Of a stretch of 64,000 nt of DNA, positions 1-13,800 are shown one piece after another. The position numbers and the translations under genes are program-made. Position 1 is the first letter of the stretch. Each line of letters opens with the position of its first letter. The stretch covers positions 434,001 to 498,000 of the forward strand of contig CAJFCJ010000002.1 of NCBI GenBank assembly GCA_904063045.1. Direction: 5' to 3'. A model generated the notes under the pieces. That model searched no databases, had not been told where the DNA came from, and saw only the letters and a list, made by a program, of their open reading frames with translations. The DNA is from Dimorphilus gyrociliatus. Its lineage: Eukaryota > Animalia > Annelida.

Positions 1-1173
1 CATATCGTTACTTGATTCTTACATAAAGAATATGTGGATATTGTGTACACATGTTCAATCTTATCAATTCCATCAATAAGCAAACAGGGTCTTATCTTTA
101 AACATGCTTAGACAATGGAAAGAAGATACACAAAAGACCTGTTTGCACTATGTCGTAAAATGTTTACGACCTATATAGATGCGCGTGTTGGTGTTTGTTT
201 ATACAACAAATTAACGTGGGTTGCTACGGGTTACCTTTGTACTAGGTGTATCATATATACATCTCCTATGAAGTGCTGAAGTGCATGTCGTATATAAATC
301 TCTCTGATATCAACCACTTTGAAATAGAATAATTAATTTACATTCACAACACTTAACAAAGGAAACACTCTTTTCTTTTCAGCATCAGCCTTGCGATTCA
401 TTTCCTTGCGCGCATATAAATAGGTTATTGGTCCATTAGATCTTTGGTTGGTATCTTTCGCCAATGGCGATATCAAGCAGAACACAACAAAATTGACTGC
501 CACCTTCTCTTGGCTTTTAACGCTTATCTTTTATCTGTCCAAGCTGTCATATTATTAATCATTCCTAGTTTTCTTTATCCTCCAGTTGTTAGAATTATAT
601 AGTAAATAACAATAAATAAGTTGTAGAGATAAGCCTCATAAAAACCAATTAAACATAGGTCAAACACCTATGGAAACTGTTTACTGAAGGATTAGGGTAG
701 ATAAGGGGGCTATTGAGGATTTTGCAAGAGTTCTTTATGAATCGAGTATTAAGAACCGAGCTATTATTGGACAATTGGGGTGAAAATTCGGACGGTTGCA
801 CAGGATTTAGCAATACGTTGTCGTAATACCTATATAAAAGACGAATATACGAGTATGGCCCAAAAAATAAAACGTTAAATCCGGTCAATAACAAAAGTAT
901 ATAACGTCGTAATAAAACACAAAAGCACTTAAACGTTGACATCTAAAGTAATTATTTACTTTTCAAGCCAATGACTAACATAATATCGCATTACTGAGTA
1001 AAAGTTTTGCCATCATTGGGCCATTGTTTACTCGTTGACATTCAACCATCAACTCGGAATAATGATTTCGTTTCGCTTAGATTTGCACAAGGAGGTTATT
1101 GTATTGATGGAATGTTTAAAGTCTCATAATTATATTCTCTATGTGTTTTATAGTCTATTGAAGATGTACATCT

Positions 1174-1196
1174 CATGCATGCATGCATGCATGCAT
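1174..1196. repeat. (CATG)n self-complementary tetranucleotide microsatellite
   Basis: catgcatgcatgcatgcatgcat read directly. Confidence 0.9.
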
Positions 1197-3024
1197 ACAC
1201 ACCTATAGGGCATGGTGTCTAACCGCAAGCCATATATTTTCGACACACATAATAATTAGGTGTCAAAGTACTGTCCGTTGAAAACCAGAGATGAGATTTA
1301 TGGGACTAATGTGCAATAAAAAACCACCAATTATTCTGTGCCTTATGATATACTGAATCAAACTGGCAATGCAATTAATAATCAAAGAATCAGCCTCAAG
1401 CCGACTGCTCTCATCAAAGAATACATTGAAGGTCGAAGTAAAAATAAACAATTCTAGCGCCAAAATCAAGATTCAACACGCCACACGCTATCTTTGTTTC
1501 CCGCGCGCGCGAATATGCGCCTTCGCCTAAAATGACCAAAAAGTAATTCTACATCATAATAAGCTATTAAAAAATATTTAACAAATTGTCAACATATTTA
1601 AGAAATCCCCACTGCCCTCCCATCAATTCGCTTGTCTACACCTACCAATCATCCCGCATCTCCGCACGCGCTAAGAGTTAGTCTGCAGTGTAAATACATA
1701 TGCGTGATGGAATTTTTTAAGAACACGCAGAGGTTTCCTCGGAGGGGATTTGTTCGAGATAAACGGAGTGTAGGGTCGTAAATGATATAGGCCCCAAATT
1801 TTACAACTGACATCTAATTTGAAGACTTTCAATTTGCGAGCTACTAAAAAAAATTTATCCACGCCTGGCTCCTAAAATGCAACGAACGAATCCTAATAAA
1901 AGTGTCAGTTATCCTGAAGTTATAGTAGCTTTTAACAAGTTGACAATAAATGAATTTTATACAATTGAATATTAACGAGCGTTTCCATTTAGAAACAGTA
2001 TAATTAAAAGGAGGGTATTAAAGGTAATAAGGCACAAAAAAGTCCTACTGATGTGATAGGTTGTCAGGATAATAAGAATCAAAGTACATTGGAACTCACT
2101 TGGCTCAATTGGCAAGAGCTCAAAGTAAAGAATTGTTTGCTTGTCTCTGGTAAATGTAAAAACTTTAAAGTAGCCAGGTTAAAAGGTCAAAGTCGACAAA
2201 GGGGTTCTAAAATCAAAGAGGGAGCCGGTCGGAGCTCGCGACCGAATCGTATCAATTAATTCAACCGCGCCATTGACCACAAATACACATGTATATGGGG
2301 GTGACTACTGAAGCAATTAACCGAGAATTCTTTTTCAAGTTTGAGCGGTCAGAGGTTAATCCGGTGAGACTAAATATGCATTAAGGTAATTGAGTATTTG
2401 TATAATCGTCACGTATAAACGCGTTCAAAAAGGGTGTGCTGATCAAATGTACCGCAGCCCCCCTGGATTGTTGTATAATTCTTGGTAAACCATTCAACAT
2501 TCTATATATTTAACAATTAGAATGTTATAAGTAGTCCAATGCATGGAAATGAAAATAAATAGATAGGCGTGTGTAAAAACAGCAATATAAATTAATTAAG
2601 GCAATAAGATGTCCATCCTTTAAATATTTTTACAGCTGCGCATTTAGTCGGATTGTTGTTTGTAAAGAAAACATACACGTCACGCACATCAAAAGATATT
2701 GTTACTTTGATAAATACTTTGGTATACTATAAAGCGTGTAGAAAAATGATAGGAATATTTATCTTGATAGGTACGATGAAATGTCAGTCTCGAAAGTCGC
2801 GCTCGATGCGTAAAATCACTTGTTAATAATAAAAAAAACCTATAAGTTTTAAGTCGTCTTAGTAAACATCTTTGTGGGGGATTAAGAAATCGTTTTAACA
2901 AAGAATGTTTAATGCCTTCTACTCAGTTTGTTGCACAACACGTCATTTGAGGCTTGTTGCTTTAGCGATTTAGTGGCGTACTTTGTAAACAAATGAACGC
3001 CAACCGATTGCGTAATTTATTTAC

Positions 3025-3522
3025 CTGCAAGGGTGCCCTTCCAAAGCTGTTTGGGGTGTTCACGTTTCGTCCTTCTTTAATTAACTTAATCACGGTTTCC
3101 AAGTCTCCACAAGCTGCTGCCCAAGAAAGTTCATCAGATGGAAGTTCCGGAGTACCACAGACAGGAGACACATGTTCCAGCCAAGCTCTTTTTTGTGAAA
3201 TAGGTCTGCCACTTGGAGTAGAATTGTGATGAGATATTGGACTTGAACTAGATCGACCTTCCACTGGTGTATAACGCAATTCCCGTCGAGCATGTGCTTG
3301 GCGAAGTTTTGAGGGAGAAAAGCACAACCGTTCATTAGAAACTGGTCTAAAAACAGTATCACTCAACACGGGTACTTCGGCACCTTCGGCAACACGAATT
3401 GGTACATGCTTGACACCCATTTCGGAAGACTGGAGAGGACAGAGAGGAGTAGCTTCGGGAATGCGACGTTGGACCGGATGGAAGGCACCTTCTCTAGGTA
3501 TTCTGAAAGACCGACTAGACAT
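3025..3522 (-). CDS. CDKN2C: INK4/CDKN2-like ankyrin protein, first coding exon (long N-terminal extension plus first ankyrin repeat); downstream exon not identified
   Basis: ATG at 3522. The exon ends SDELSWAAACGDLETVIKLIKEGRNVNTPNSFGRAPLQ followed by donor CAG|GTAAAT at 3025/3024. This matches INK4 exon-1 ends (p18 ...NGFGRTALQ|V, p16 ...NSYGRRPIQ|V) in both sequence and intron position. It lies divergent from FAF1, as in vertebrates. No VMMMG/HDAA exon was found in 1-3024, so the symbol is tentative. Confidence 0.6.
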
Positions 3523-3976
3523 CTTTCACTGTGGCATAACTTTATTGCACGGCGTCCTGGCTTGGAATGATGAGATCGGCCGCATCAGTTTCGCGCCTTT
3601 GCCTGCTGCGACACGTAGCGTTCGATACTGTTCTGTTTACGCGCGGTTGTTAAGGGAGTTAAAACGTCTTAATTTCCTATCAATTACCGTTAAATTATTT
3701 TTAAAATATACTCACGGGGCCTTAACAATTTCCTTCTTACTTAACTTTTGATAACTAGTATCCCAAATGAGCCCTTCTTTTCAACTTGGAAGCGCGAAGG
3801 TGTTCTATTTTTAGAAGGTGATTTCCATTATAGTAATTTTTATTTTATTATTTTAAAATATCAATTTATACTGTTTAAAATATATTATTTTGAAAATTTT
3901 ATGTTGTTTTAAAAATATCATACGAAAATACACGCGAAGAGGAAATAGATGTCGCTAGTAGGGTATTCGTGAAAGA
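3523..3976. promoter_or_regulatory. Probable bidirectional promoter between INK4-like and FAF1, with an E2F-type site
   Basis: 454 bp between divergent ATGs; TTTCGCGC (E2F consensus) at 3589-3596 plus other CGCG cores in an AT-rich background. Confidence 0.5.
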
Positions 3977-6900
3977 ATGGACAATAAAAAAGATGAAATT
4001 CTGACCCATTTTCAGGTATTATTCGCTTTCAAATCACAAAAAATTTCCTACCAAAAGATATATCAATCAAAATAATAATAGTTCGCAATATTTCATGAAA
4101 TAACATGTCTAGAAACACCTTTACCAATGTATATTTTGTTATTGATAAAAATCTTTCGACAGCAAATTATAAACAGTGATGATACTTCTTATTGTCTTGG
4201 ACTTTTGAATCAGCATGATTGGGATATATCGGTACTAAATTTTATTATGATTCATACATATTATTAATAATTTCCTGTGAAACAGTCGGCTGTACAGACA
4301 GCCATAGCTAGTCAAGAATTTGGAGTGGATGACTCTCCAATTGAAACTCAACCGAACCCATCATCAAGAAATCGTAGTTCGAATGTTCATGTATTCAGAG
4401 AACCATCAACATCAAGCCTCCATTTCTCTGGAAGCTCTGTTTCTGATAACAAAGCTCGAGCTTCGCCAAAAAAATGGCCTGCTTCAGGATCAAAAGAACA
4501 CGATAGATTACTTAAGATTGATATTGATTACAGAGGCAAAATGCTGAATTTTAATGTGGAAGATTCAAAGACAATTGGTTAGTTTTATATCGTTTGGTTC
4601 TTAAAAATAGTCTTGAAAAGTTATTTTTTTAAAGGAAAGTTGAAAGAATTGATTTCTCAGAAATTAAACATCCCAAAGTGCAAATTGGTCCTAAAAAATT
4701 GGCCTAAACAACTAGATAGAATAAGAGATGAGGTAAGAAAAGAAATAGTTGATTTGCAAGACTTTTCATTTTGTGAAAACATTTTTCTTTACAGGCTACA
4801 TTTAAATCACTGCAGCTACCAGCCAGCATTAAATTGAATTTAACAACACCCGGAATATTCAATGATCCTCTTAATACACTCCAAAAGTATATTTTCACAA
4901 TGATATCTATATAAGCTTTTACAGTTTAAAACTACTTTATAGCTCAATGAGTGAAAACGAAACATTTAAAAGGCTTGAGTCGCATTTTGAATTGATTGTG
5001 AGGTGTCAAAACAAAGTTCACACTCTGAAATTTCCTGGTTCGAAAACCGTCCACGATGTTTGCATTAAATAATAAGTTTCGTGTTTTATTTTTCTAAACA
5101 CACTATTAACACAGATAAAGCTAAGTTTATACCATGTAACAAACATACCAGTGCGATATCAAAGATGGGAGGGTTGGCCTGCAGATGTAACTGACTCAGT
5201 AAGAATAGTCTGTTATTACAGGATATTTCAAAACATATTTACTGATCAAAAATAGATTACGTTAGCTGGATCATCAATACAGCTACCAAGTCATAATCTC
5301 ATTTTATCGAGCAGTCGTCCACCTGGGTCCTATGCAACAAACTCTACCATTGCTGTAAGAAATCTATTAACTTTTTAATTACTTGTCCTTATTTAGCTAT
5401 TCATTTAGAGCAAATCAAGGAATGTGGTAGAACTGAACAGTAGCGATGAGGTATGCTCTTAAGTGGGATTTTTAATGCATATTTATTTATATAGGTCCCT
5501 GTCCTTATTTTTTAACATAATCCCTAATTAGCAATATATGCTGAACAATATCTAATGGTGATGTTTAATAGGAACCTATGGACGAAGATGACGACGTAGC
5601 GGAAATCTACGACGCAAATGATGATTTGGAGTTTGATGAAACTCCTGCTTCAGGAAGAGCTTTCGGTGCATTACGTAGGTTGACACTTTTTTTAATAGGA
5701 AATGACATTATTTTCCTACTTTTGACATTTAAGTGCCCGCTGTTGCTACTGATCCTGTAGCAGCTACCGAACAATTTGCACAAGAGTTCAGAAATCGATT
5801 TGGTAGTGATGGACCATTGTTTTATAATGGATCCTTGGGCGATGCTTTGAAGGAGGCTTTACTTTGCCGTGCCAGAGATGTAAGAATATATGTTTTATGT
5901 TTTTTTTTCTAATTTTTACATATTTTATCACATTCAGAGAAAGTTGCTAGCAGTTTATTTACATCATGAAAAGTCAATATCTGTAAATGTATTTTGCTCC
6001 GAAATATTATGCTCATCTGCAGTTGTGCCAACATTAAGCAGTTCTTTCGTTACTTGGGGATGGGATTGTACAATTGAAGCAAATAAGAATAAATTCATTC
6101 AGGATGCTTCTCAATTATTTGGAAGCATAGCAGCTAACAAGTTGAAAGACTTTACACCTGATCAATATCCACTATTAGTAATAATTTCCCGTCAAAGATC
6201 AACTAACGATGTTGTTTACATCATCAATGGTAGAATTATAATTTCTTTAAAGAATTGTTTTGACATTTAATAAATATCTAGGTTCATCGATCTTAGATGA
6301 AGTCATTAGTAAATTGCTGGGTGCTCAGGAACTATTTAGACAGACACAAGAGGAAGATATAAGAGAAGAGGACCAAAGAATGGCCCGTGTTTCAATGTTG
6401 GATCAGCAAAACCAGGCTTACGAAGCATCACTTCGAGCTGATCAAGCAAAGGTAAATTAAAACACTTCAAACAATTCTTTTCAGATCTTTGATATTACAG
6501 GCAGAACAAAAGCGAAAAGAAAAAGAGGAGAATGAGCGCAGAGAAGAAGAAGAAAGTAGAAAGCAAAAGGAGTTGGAAAGGCGTTTGAAGGAAGAGAAAC
6601 TGAAGAGAGAGGTAATTTAAACTAGCTATACCGACAGTTTATAAAATAGATATATTCAAATTTTTTAATTTTTTTATTAGAAAATACGACAAAATGTCGC
6701 TGAACAGCTGCCTGCTGAACCAGATGAACATTGTAAGCAGGAACTGTCGAGAATTCGTATTAGAGCTCCAGATAATAAGATACTTAATCGTCGGTTCTTA
6801 GCGTCAAATCCTCTGCAGGTATGTTGTAATTACTTGATGAAATTTCATATAACCTTTTCACTTTTTAGATTCTATTTAATTATCTGACATCAGAGGGTTT

Positions 6901-7093
6901 CCATGTTGCTGACTTTAAAGTATTAACTACGTTTCCAAGGCGAGATGTATGTCTTATTTACTTATAGGAAACTGTATATAATTAACCTATTTTTTAATTA
7001 AAGCTCAAGATAGAAGACCCTACGAAAAGTTTGAAAGATTTAAAACTATGTCCGCAAGAAACCCTCATATTAGAGGCGAAAAGTGACTTTTGA
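3977..7093 (+). CDS. FAF1: FAS-associated factor 1 (UBA-UBL-UBL-UAS-coiled coil-UBX), 17 exons
   Basis: Exons 3977-4015, 4163-4231, 4286-4577, 4635-4732, 4795-4886, 4925-5057, 5115-5198, 5256-5354, 5409-5450, 5572-5674, 5734-5879, 5938-6229, 6282-6451, 6501-6611, 6681-6818, 6869-6946, 7004-7093. Motifs MDNKKDEILTHFQ, TNIPVRYQRWEGWP, ARD|RKLLAVYLHHE and UBX RIRAPD...TTFPRRD...CPQETLILE match FAF1. Confidence 0.93.
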
Positions 7094-7799
7094 GAACTTC
7101 TGCTCGTTTGTTATAACTAGGGTTGTCCTTCAAACAAATGCCAGTTTGCTTCATACGTTAAAAAATACTGTTGTGAAAAAAAAATATTGCATTTCTAAGA
7201 ATAAGTTTATTTTTTACATGCATACCTTGTAAGTCGTAATCCATTGCTCCTTCTGCTTCTTTGCAGTGTCCATAAACCTATAAATCATCTAAATTAGTTT
7301 CGATAAAAATAAAAAAAGACGCATTAAAACACAATCATTTTACATATGCTGAAACAAAGGGCCATTAACTTACTACATGATTGTGTAAACACATTCCTAA
7401 AACACTACACCTCTGTTTACCTTGATCAACTTGTCCTGTCTCTCTCAGTATCCATAATACACATTCTTTGCTGTCTAATCTGTGCTCAACCTCTCAGATA
7501 TGCCACCATCTAGCTTGAACAATCTATTTTTGCTGGCTCTACTCCTCTGTTCAGTCTTAATGAAAGGGTTAATAACAAGAACGAAACTCTTTCTTTTTTG
7601 GGTAATCATTTGCTTTTTAATTCAAAAAAATGCAATAAAAATTTTCAATGAAACAAAACTAAAACATAGAAGGCTATTTGACAGCTATGCTATAAGAAAC
7701 ATGCACTAAACTTTATAACTTAACATTAATTAAAAAGAATCTCATCTGATCATTGTTTTTATACCATTAATATAAATATAAAATATATGTAGCTGTAAA

Positions 7800-7875
7800 T
7801 AAATATATACAGATATAAATTTATATATATACATATGTATATATATATGTATATATACGTATGTATATATATGTA

Positions 7876-7906
<31 letters not shown>
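7800..7906. repeat. Degenerate (TA)n microsatellite
   Basis: Long TA run with a pure tract at about 7878-7906. Confidence 0.9.
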
Positions 7907-7908
<2 letters not shown>

Positions 7909-8017
7909 GTTCGCTTCTGTATTGAACACAACATAGAAATATCGCACACTGTAAGTTATTTTAAGTCAATAACTCGCGAATCAAAAACTAAAAAAAACAT
8001 ACCAAATAAATGTCCAT

Positions 8018-9265
<1,248 letters not shown>

Positions 9266-9466
9266 GATTTGCAAACAAACGGAAATGACCGGTTCCGGTT
9301 CTACAAGCGCATTTTCGTACAAAATATGTTTTTTCTACAGAAAACTATCTTTGTATTTACAGAATTTTTCCTAAATTTACATGAATATTTATTATATTAA
9401 TTACGAAAAAAATTGTATTTCCGGAAGAGCTGAATGGTCAAGGGAGTTACCAATTAAGTTATAAAA
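9266..9466. promoter_or_regulatory. Compact bidirectional promoter between hnRNP A/B and RAB8, with ETS-like CCGGAA cores
   Basis: Divergent ATGs about 200 bp apart; ccggttccggtt near 9289-9300 and tttccggaag near 9418-9427. Confidence 0.5.
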
Positions 9467-10357
9467 ATGTCTAGAAGCTACGACTATTTGTTTAAATTAT
9501 TATTGATAGGAGACTCCGGAGTTGGGAAGACATGTGTCCTTTTCAGATTTTCAGAAGACGCCTTCAATGCGACATTTATCTCAACTATAGGTAAACTTTT
9601 CATAATGTGTTATGAATCATTCCCTTTTTCTTCAACGTTGCTTGTTTTCTCTTAGGAATCGATTTTAAGATACGAACAATCGAAATTGATGCTAAAAAAA
9701 TTAAATTGCAAATATGGTATGTATCATGGATTCGAATTGATTTTTTCTTTCTTTGCACTTGACTGACTAAATATAGACCTTTTGTACTTAAGAATATACA
9801 CTTGTTTGAAATTTAGGGATACTGCTGGCCAAGAAAGATTTAGGACTATTACAACCGCTTACTACAGAGGAGCAATGGTTGGATTTGTCTGAGTACTTTT
9901 ATATTTAATCAACATTACTGACACTATTTTCATAGGGAATCATGTTGGTTTACGACATCACAAATGAAAGATCGTTTCAAAATATAAACAACTGGATAAA
10001 AAATATTGCCGAACATGCATCGGCTGATGTAGAAAAGATGATTCTTGGCAATAAATGCGATATGGAAGATAAACGAAAGGTTTCAAAGGAACGCGGTGAG
10101 AATTTGGCCGTTGAAAATGGAATAAAATTTATGGAAACATCGGCTAAACAAAGCCATAATGTAGAAGAAGCTTTTTTCACGTTAGCAAGAGATATAAAGG
10201 CAAAAATGGATAAAAAATTAGTACGTTTAAATCACTTAAATTCTAATGTCTTGCTGAAGAAATATTTTTCTAGCAACAAGAAAAGACTCCGGACGTTGTA
10301 CAACCAGGAAAAGATCACAAACATAAGAAGAGCAAGTGGTTTTGTAATATATTGTAA
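9467..10357 (+). CDS. RAB8A: Rab8 small GTPase, 5 exons
   Basis: Exons 9467-9590, 9656-9716, 9817-9877, 9936-10220, 10274-10357. Motifs [34 protein letters not shown] and ETSAK; C-terminal CaaX CNIL is typical of Rab8. Confidence 0.95.
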
Positions 10358-10846
10358 CAGATTTAAAAAAAGGGCAATTAACTTTTATATTTAAATATTT
10401 ACAATGCCTCTAATGTACAAAATCTTGATTTCTTTCTCCGCTCGTGTCAGCACTCGGTATGCAATGGAATCTGACTTTTGTGGTTTTATTTTAACAAATT
10501 TCGGAACCGTTTTTTTATGCCATACTTTTGAGATTGTTCGCCTTAACAGCGGTTAGTCATATTTTCTCGTAAAATGTTGAAACTTATATTATGTACTGTA
10601 AGCTTTCCAAGCATTGAATAGCAAAACCGCTTATTAGCCTGATCTGTATTGCTTTAAAGATATCAATAGCGTTCTCTATTTGTAACAAAAAAGATAAAAA
10701 GAGTTTCTTTATTTTGGAAGACCACAGAATACATATTTAGATATATATACCTATATATAACACATCGATATGTATATATATCTAATACATCATCAGTTTA
10801 TCTTAGTGCAGATATACCACAAATTTAAATAATTAAAATTTTATTT

Positions 10847-13800
10847 TTAAGAAGGTGAATCAACATAGGTATGCGATGGTTCGGCTGTTAAATTGTTCGG
10901 AATATGAGAGTCTGCTGATTGTAATTCTAATAGCATCTCTCTTCCATTATCGTGGAAACTCACATTATAATTTTCCAAGCTATCCGTTTGATATATCTGA
11001 AAACCAAATTAATTAATGAACATTCAGCGAAATAAGATGATCTTACATTCGTCCCTTCAAAGCTATCGTCGACCGCTTCGTTAATGGGAGTACCCTGTCT
11101 ACCTCTTCTGCTAAAAATCTATATATGAAAGAAAACTGGTTGAGTTTTTTGTTTAGAAAAAATTTGTATCCCTAATAGTTATTATATATTCAAATTTCCT
11201 AGGTACATCAATTAATTATCCTTAACAGTCTTGTAAAAAAGAACATATTTGACAACCAACGTTCTCTTGCTAATTTTGCTTGACTGTCAACAACGATAAA
11301 AATGAATATTTGGCTTGACGAAATGAAATAATATAAGTGGAAATTTAATACATTGTCCCATTAATACTTAATAGCAAAATTTAAACTTGATTAGATAACC
11401 CTACAATTATCGTTATATTATTATCTTTCTGAATCCGATCATTTTAGAATCATACAATGTGCATGCCTCAGCCAAGTAATATCTCAAATATATTTTGTGT
11501 TCTAATAAGGCTCACCTGGTATATTCTAAAGGGCTTGCAGACCTTTCTATTCCTGATGACTAAATAGATTATTCTAAGAAATTGCTAGGTTTAGTAACTG
11601 AGTGATACTAATTAATCAATAAAACTTACAATAAACCTGCAACTCCAATCGTACCTCCAATGGTCTTATTGAGGAGGTCATTTGTTTGTTTCGGAACTGA
11701 AAAGATAGATAAACTTGTTTTATTGCTCTGAGATATTATAATTCGCTGCCAGAAAGAAACGAACCACTTATATAATATCCATTAATTGTTATTGCTTCAC
11801 TTTGTTCCGAACGGAATTCTTCTTCGTTCAGATATGTTACAGATTCTATTGCTAGATTCAAACTGACGTGTTTGCAATCTTCGGGTATAGCGATACTTGC
11901 CGACCTCTCTGGTACAGGTATGGTCTGATTTCCAGTCATTGTTCCATTCCATGTTAGTCGATATTCTAAAGGAGTAAATATTTCGTGTGATATTTTCAAT
12001 TGCTTATATTATTTCAAACCGCTGATGTTTCCATTTGGAGAGGTTGGCTCATCCCATGAAATCTCAACAAGATTACTTTTGTCTTTTGGCCAATGATACC
12101 TTATTTGTGACGCCATAAGCCGAGAAGCGGCTAAGTGTGTAGATATGATATATTAGATAATTCTAAATATAAGATAAAGCTAAAGGTACCTCTTGTCATG
12201 GTGACTACACTAATCTCTTCGGAATATTCAGATGGAAAAGGAGAACTATTTTCTGCTCTAATACGAAAAAAATATTTTGCGTTTCCTAGTAAATTTGTGA
12301 CAAGTACATCAGTTCGATTGTGATTAAATGTTTGAAGAGTGGCTTGCTCAAATTCTTTCTGCTTGAATTTGAGTATTATTAACACGTTTACATTTAAGAA
12401 GTATACTAACGAAAACGTAGACTGTATATTTCGTTATAATTCCGTTTGGCTGTGTTGGAGGCTTAAAACTAATTTGAACAGAATTTCCTGTAATCTGCCC
12501 TGCTCTTAGATCATACGGTGGAGTTTCAGGCTTTCCTTCTAGCGTTTGCTGCTCAAAAGTGTCAGAAATTTCACCCTCTCCTGCCTCAGATATAGCAGCA
12601 AGACGTATTTCATAAAGGCTGTATGGTTTCAAGTTGACAATACGATATCTGGGTTCAGTATTGTTTACAACTATTGTTTTGCCTGTAATTATCAATCAGA
12701 TTTTCAATGTAAAGCACTGACAGTTGAAAGTAGCTACCAACAAGGTTTAAGATTGTTATCCTGCAGACAATATTGTAATTTGTAGTTAGTTATTTTGGCT
12801 CTACGATATGAATGGCAAAAGCCATCGATCCATTCTACATGAAGAGCATTCGCTTCAGATGAAACTTGCTTTATAAAAACTTTGCTGGGTACTAAATATA
12901 TAATAATTAGTCTTGAACAAACATTAAAAGTACCTAAATGTCGAAATATCTTACTATAATGTCCATATAAGCATATCCAATCTGTCATTTGTGGTACATG
13001 TTTCCTTGTGAAACTCAGAGCAAGAAAATATTTTGTAGATACATCCGGCTTTTTCCATACATATTCAGTTAAAGAAGTGTTTACATTTTGGAAGAAAATA
13101 CCCGACTGAAAGGAATTGGAATATTATATTAAACTAATTAAATTCAGAGTAATAATACCCTGCATTCGGAAGAATTTGTGCAATAAACCAAACGAATATT
13201 TTCAATTTTCTCTATTGCTTCCCAACCTATTTTTATTTCCGTTTCTTCTAGATTTTCCTCACCCCAAACTTTAGGAGTCGATTGTATTAAAGAAGCTAAG
13301 GAGTGTAATTGTTAAAATCAATTTCAAATAAGCAAATTATAAATTTACGATTGTTTAAGCCAGGTAGAAGTCTGTGATGAATAGGAGAGGAGCCAAGTTT
13401 TGTGTGAGCACTTACTTGTATTTTAGTATCGGAGTCCATGTCCATTTCCCATCTTAAATTATTAAAAATTATGAAATTAACTTCTATATATTAGTAATTG
13501 ATTAAAAGAAAAACTAACTGGACATAATTTTTAAATCTTTCTGATGATGTTGACATAGCCAATCCGTTTTCAATATAGGTTACATTATAATGCAGAATAA
13601 TACCATTTCTGTCCCTTTTTGGTATATTTAGGAAAAAACGAATTCTTCTACAAGTCCTAGGCATGTTATCTCTGATGCATCTTTTATATAAAACACCAAC
13701 AATTTCTGGAGGGCTTTTTGGACCTGTGTTGAATATTGTATCTGATAAAGGTAACTAAAAGGAAATGTCCTTTTTTACTAGACTCTAGAGTTTTCACTCT

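Noticed and set aside
649-942. 97-aa minus ORF with an internal acceptor near 830, considered as the missing INK4 exon 2
   Set aside because: No ankyrin or other recognisable motif in any frame; left unassigned.
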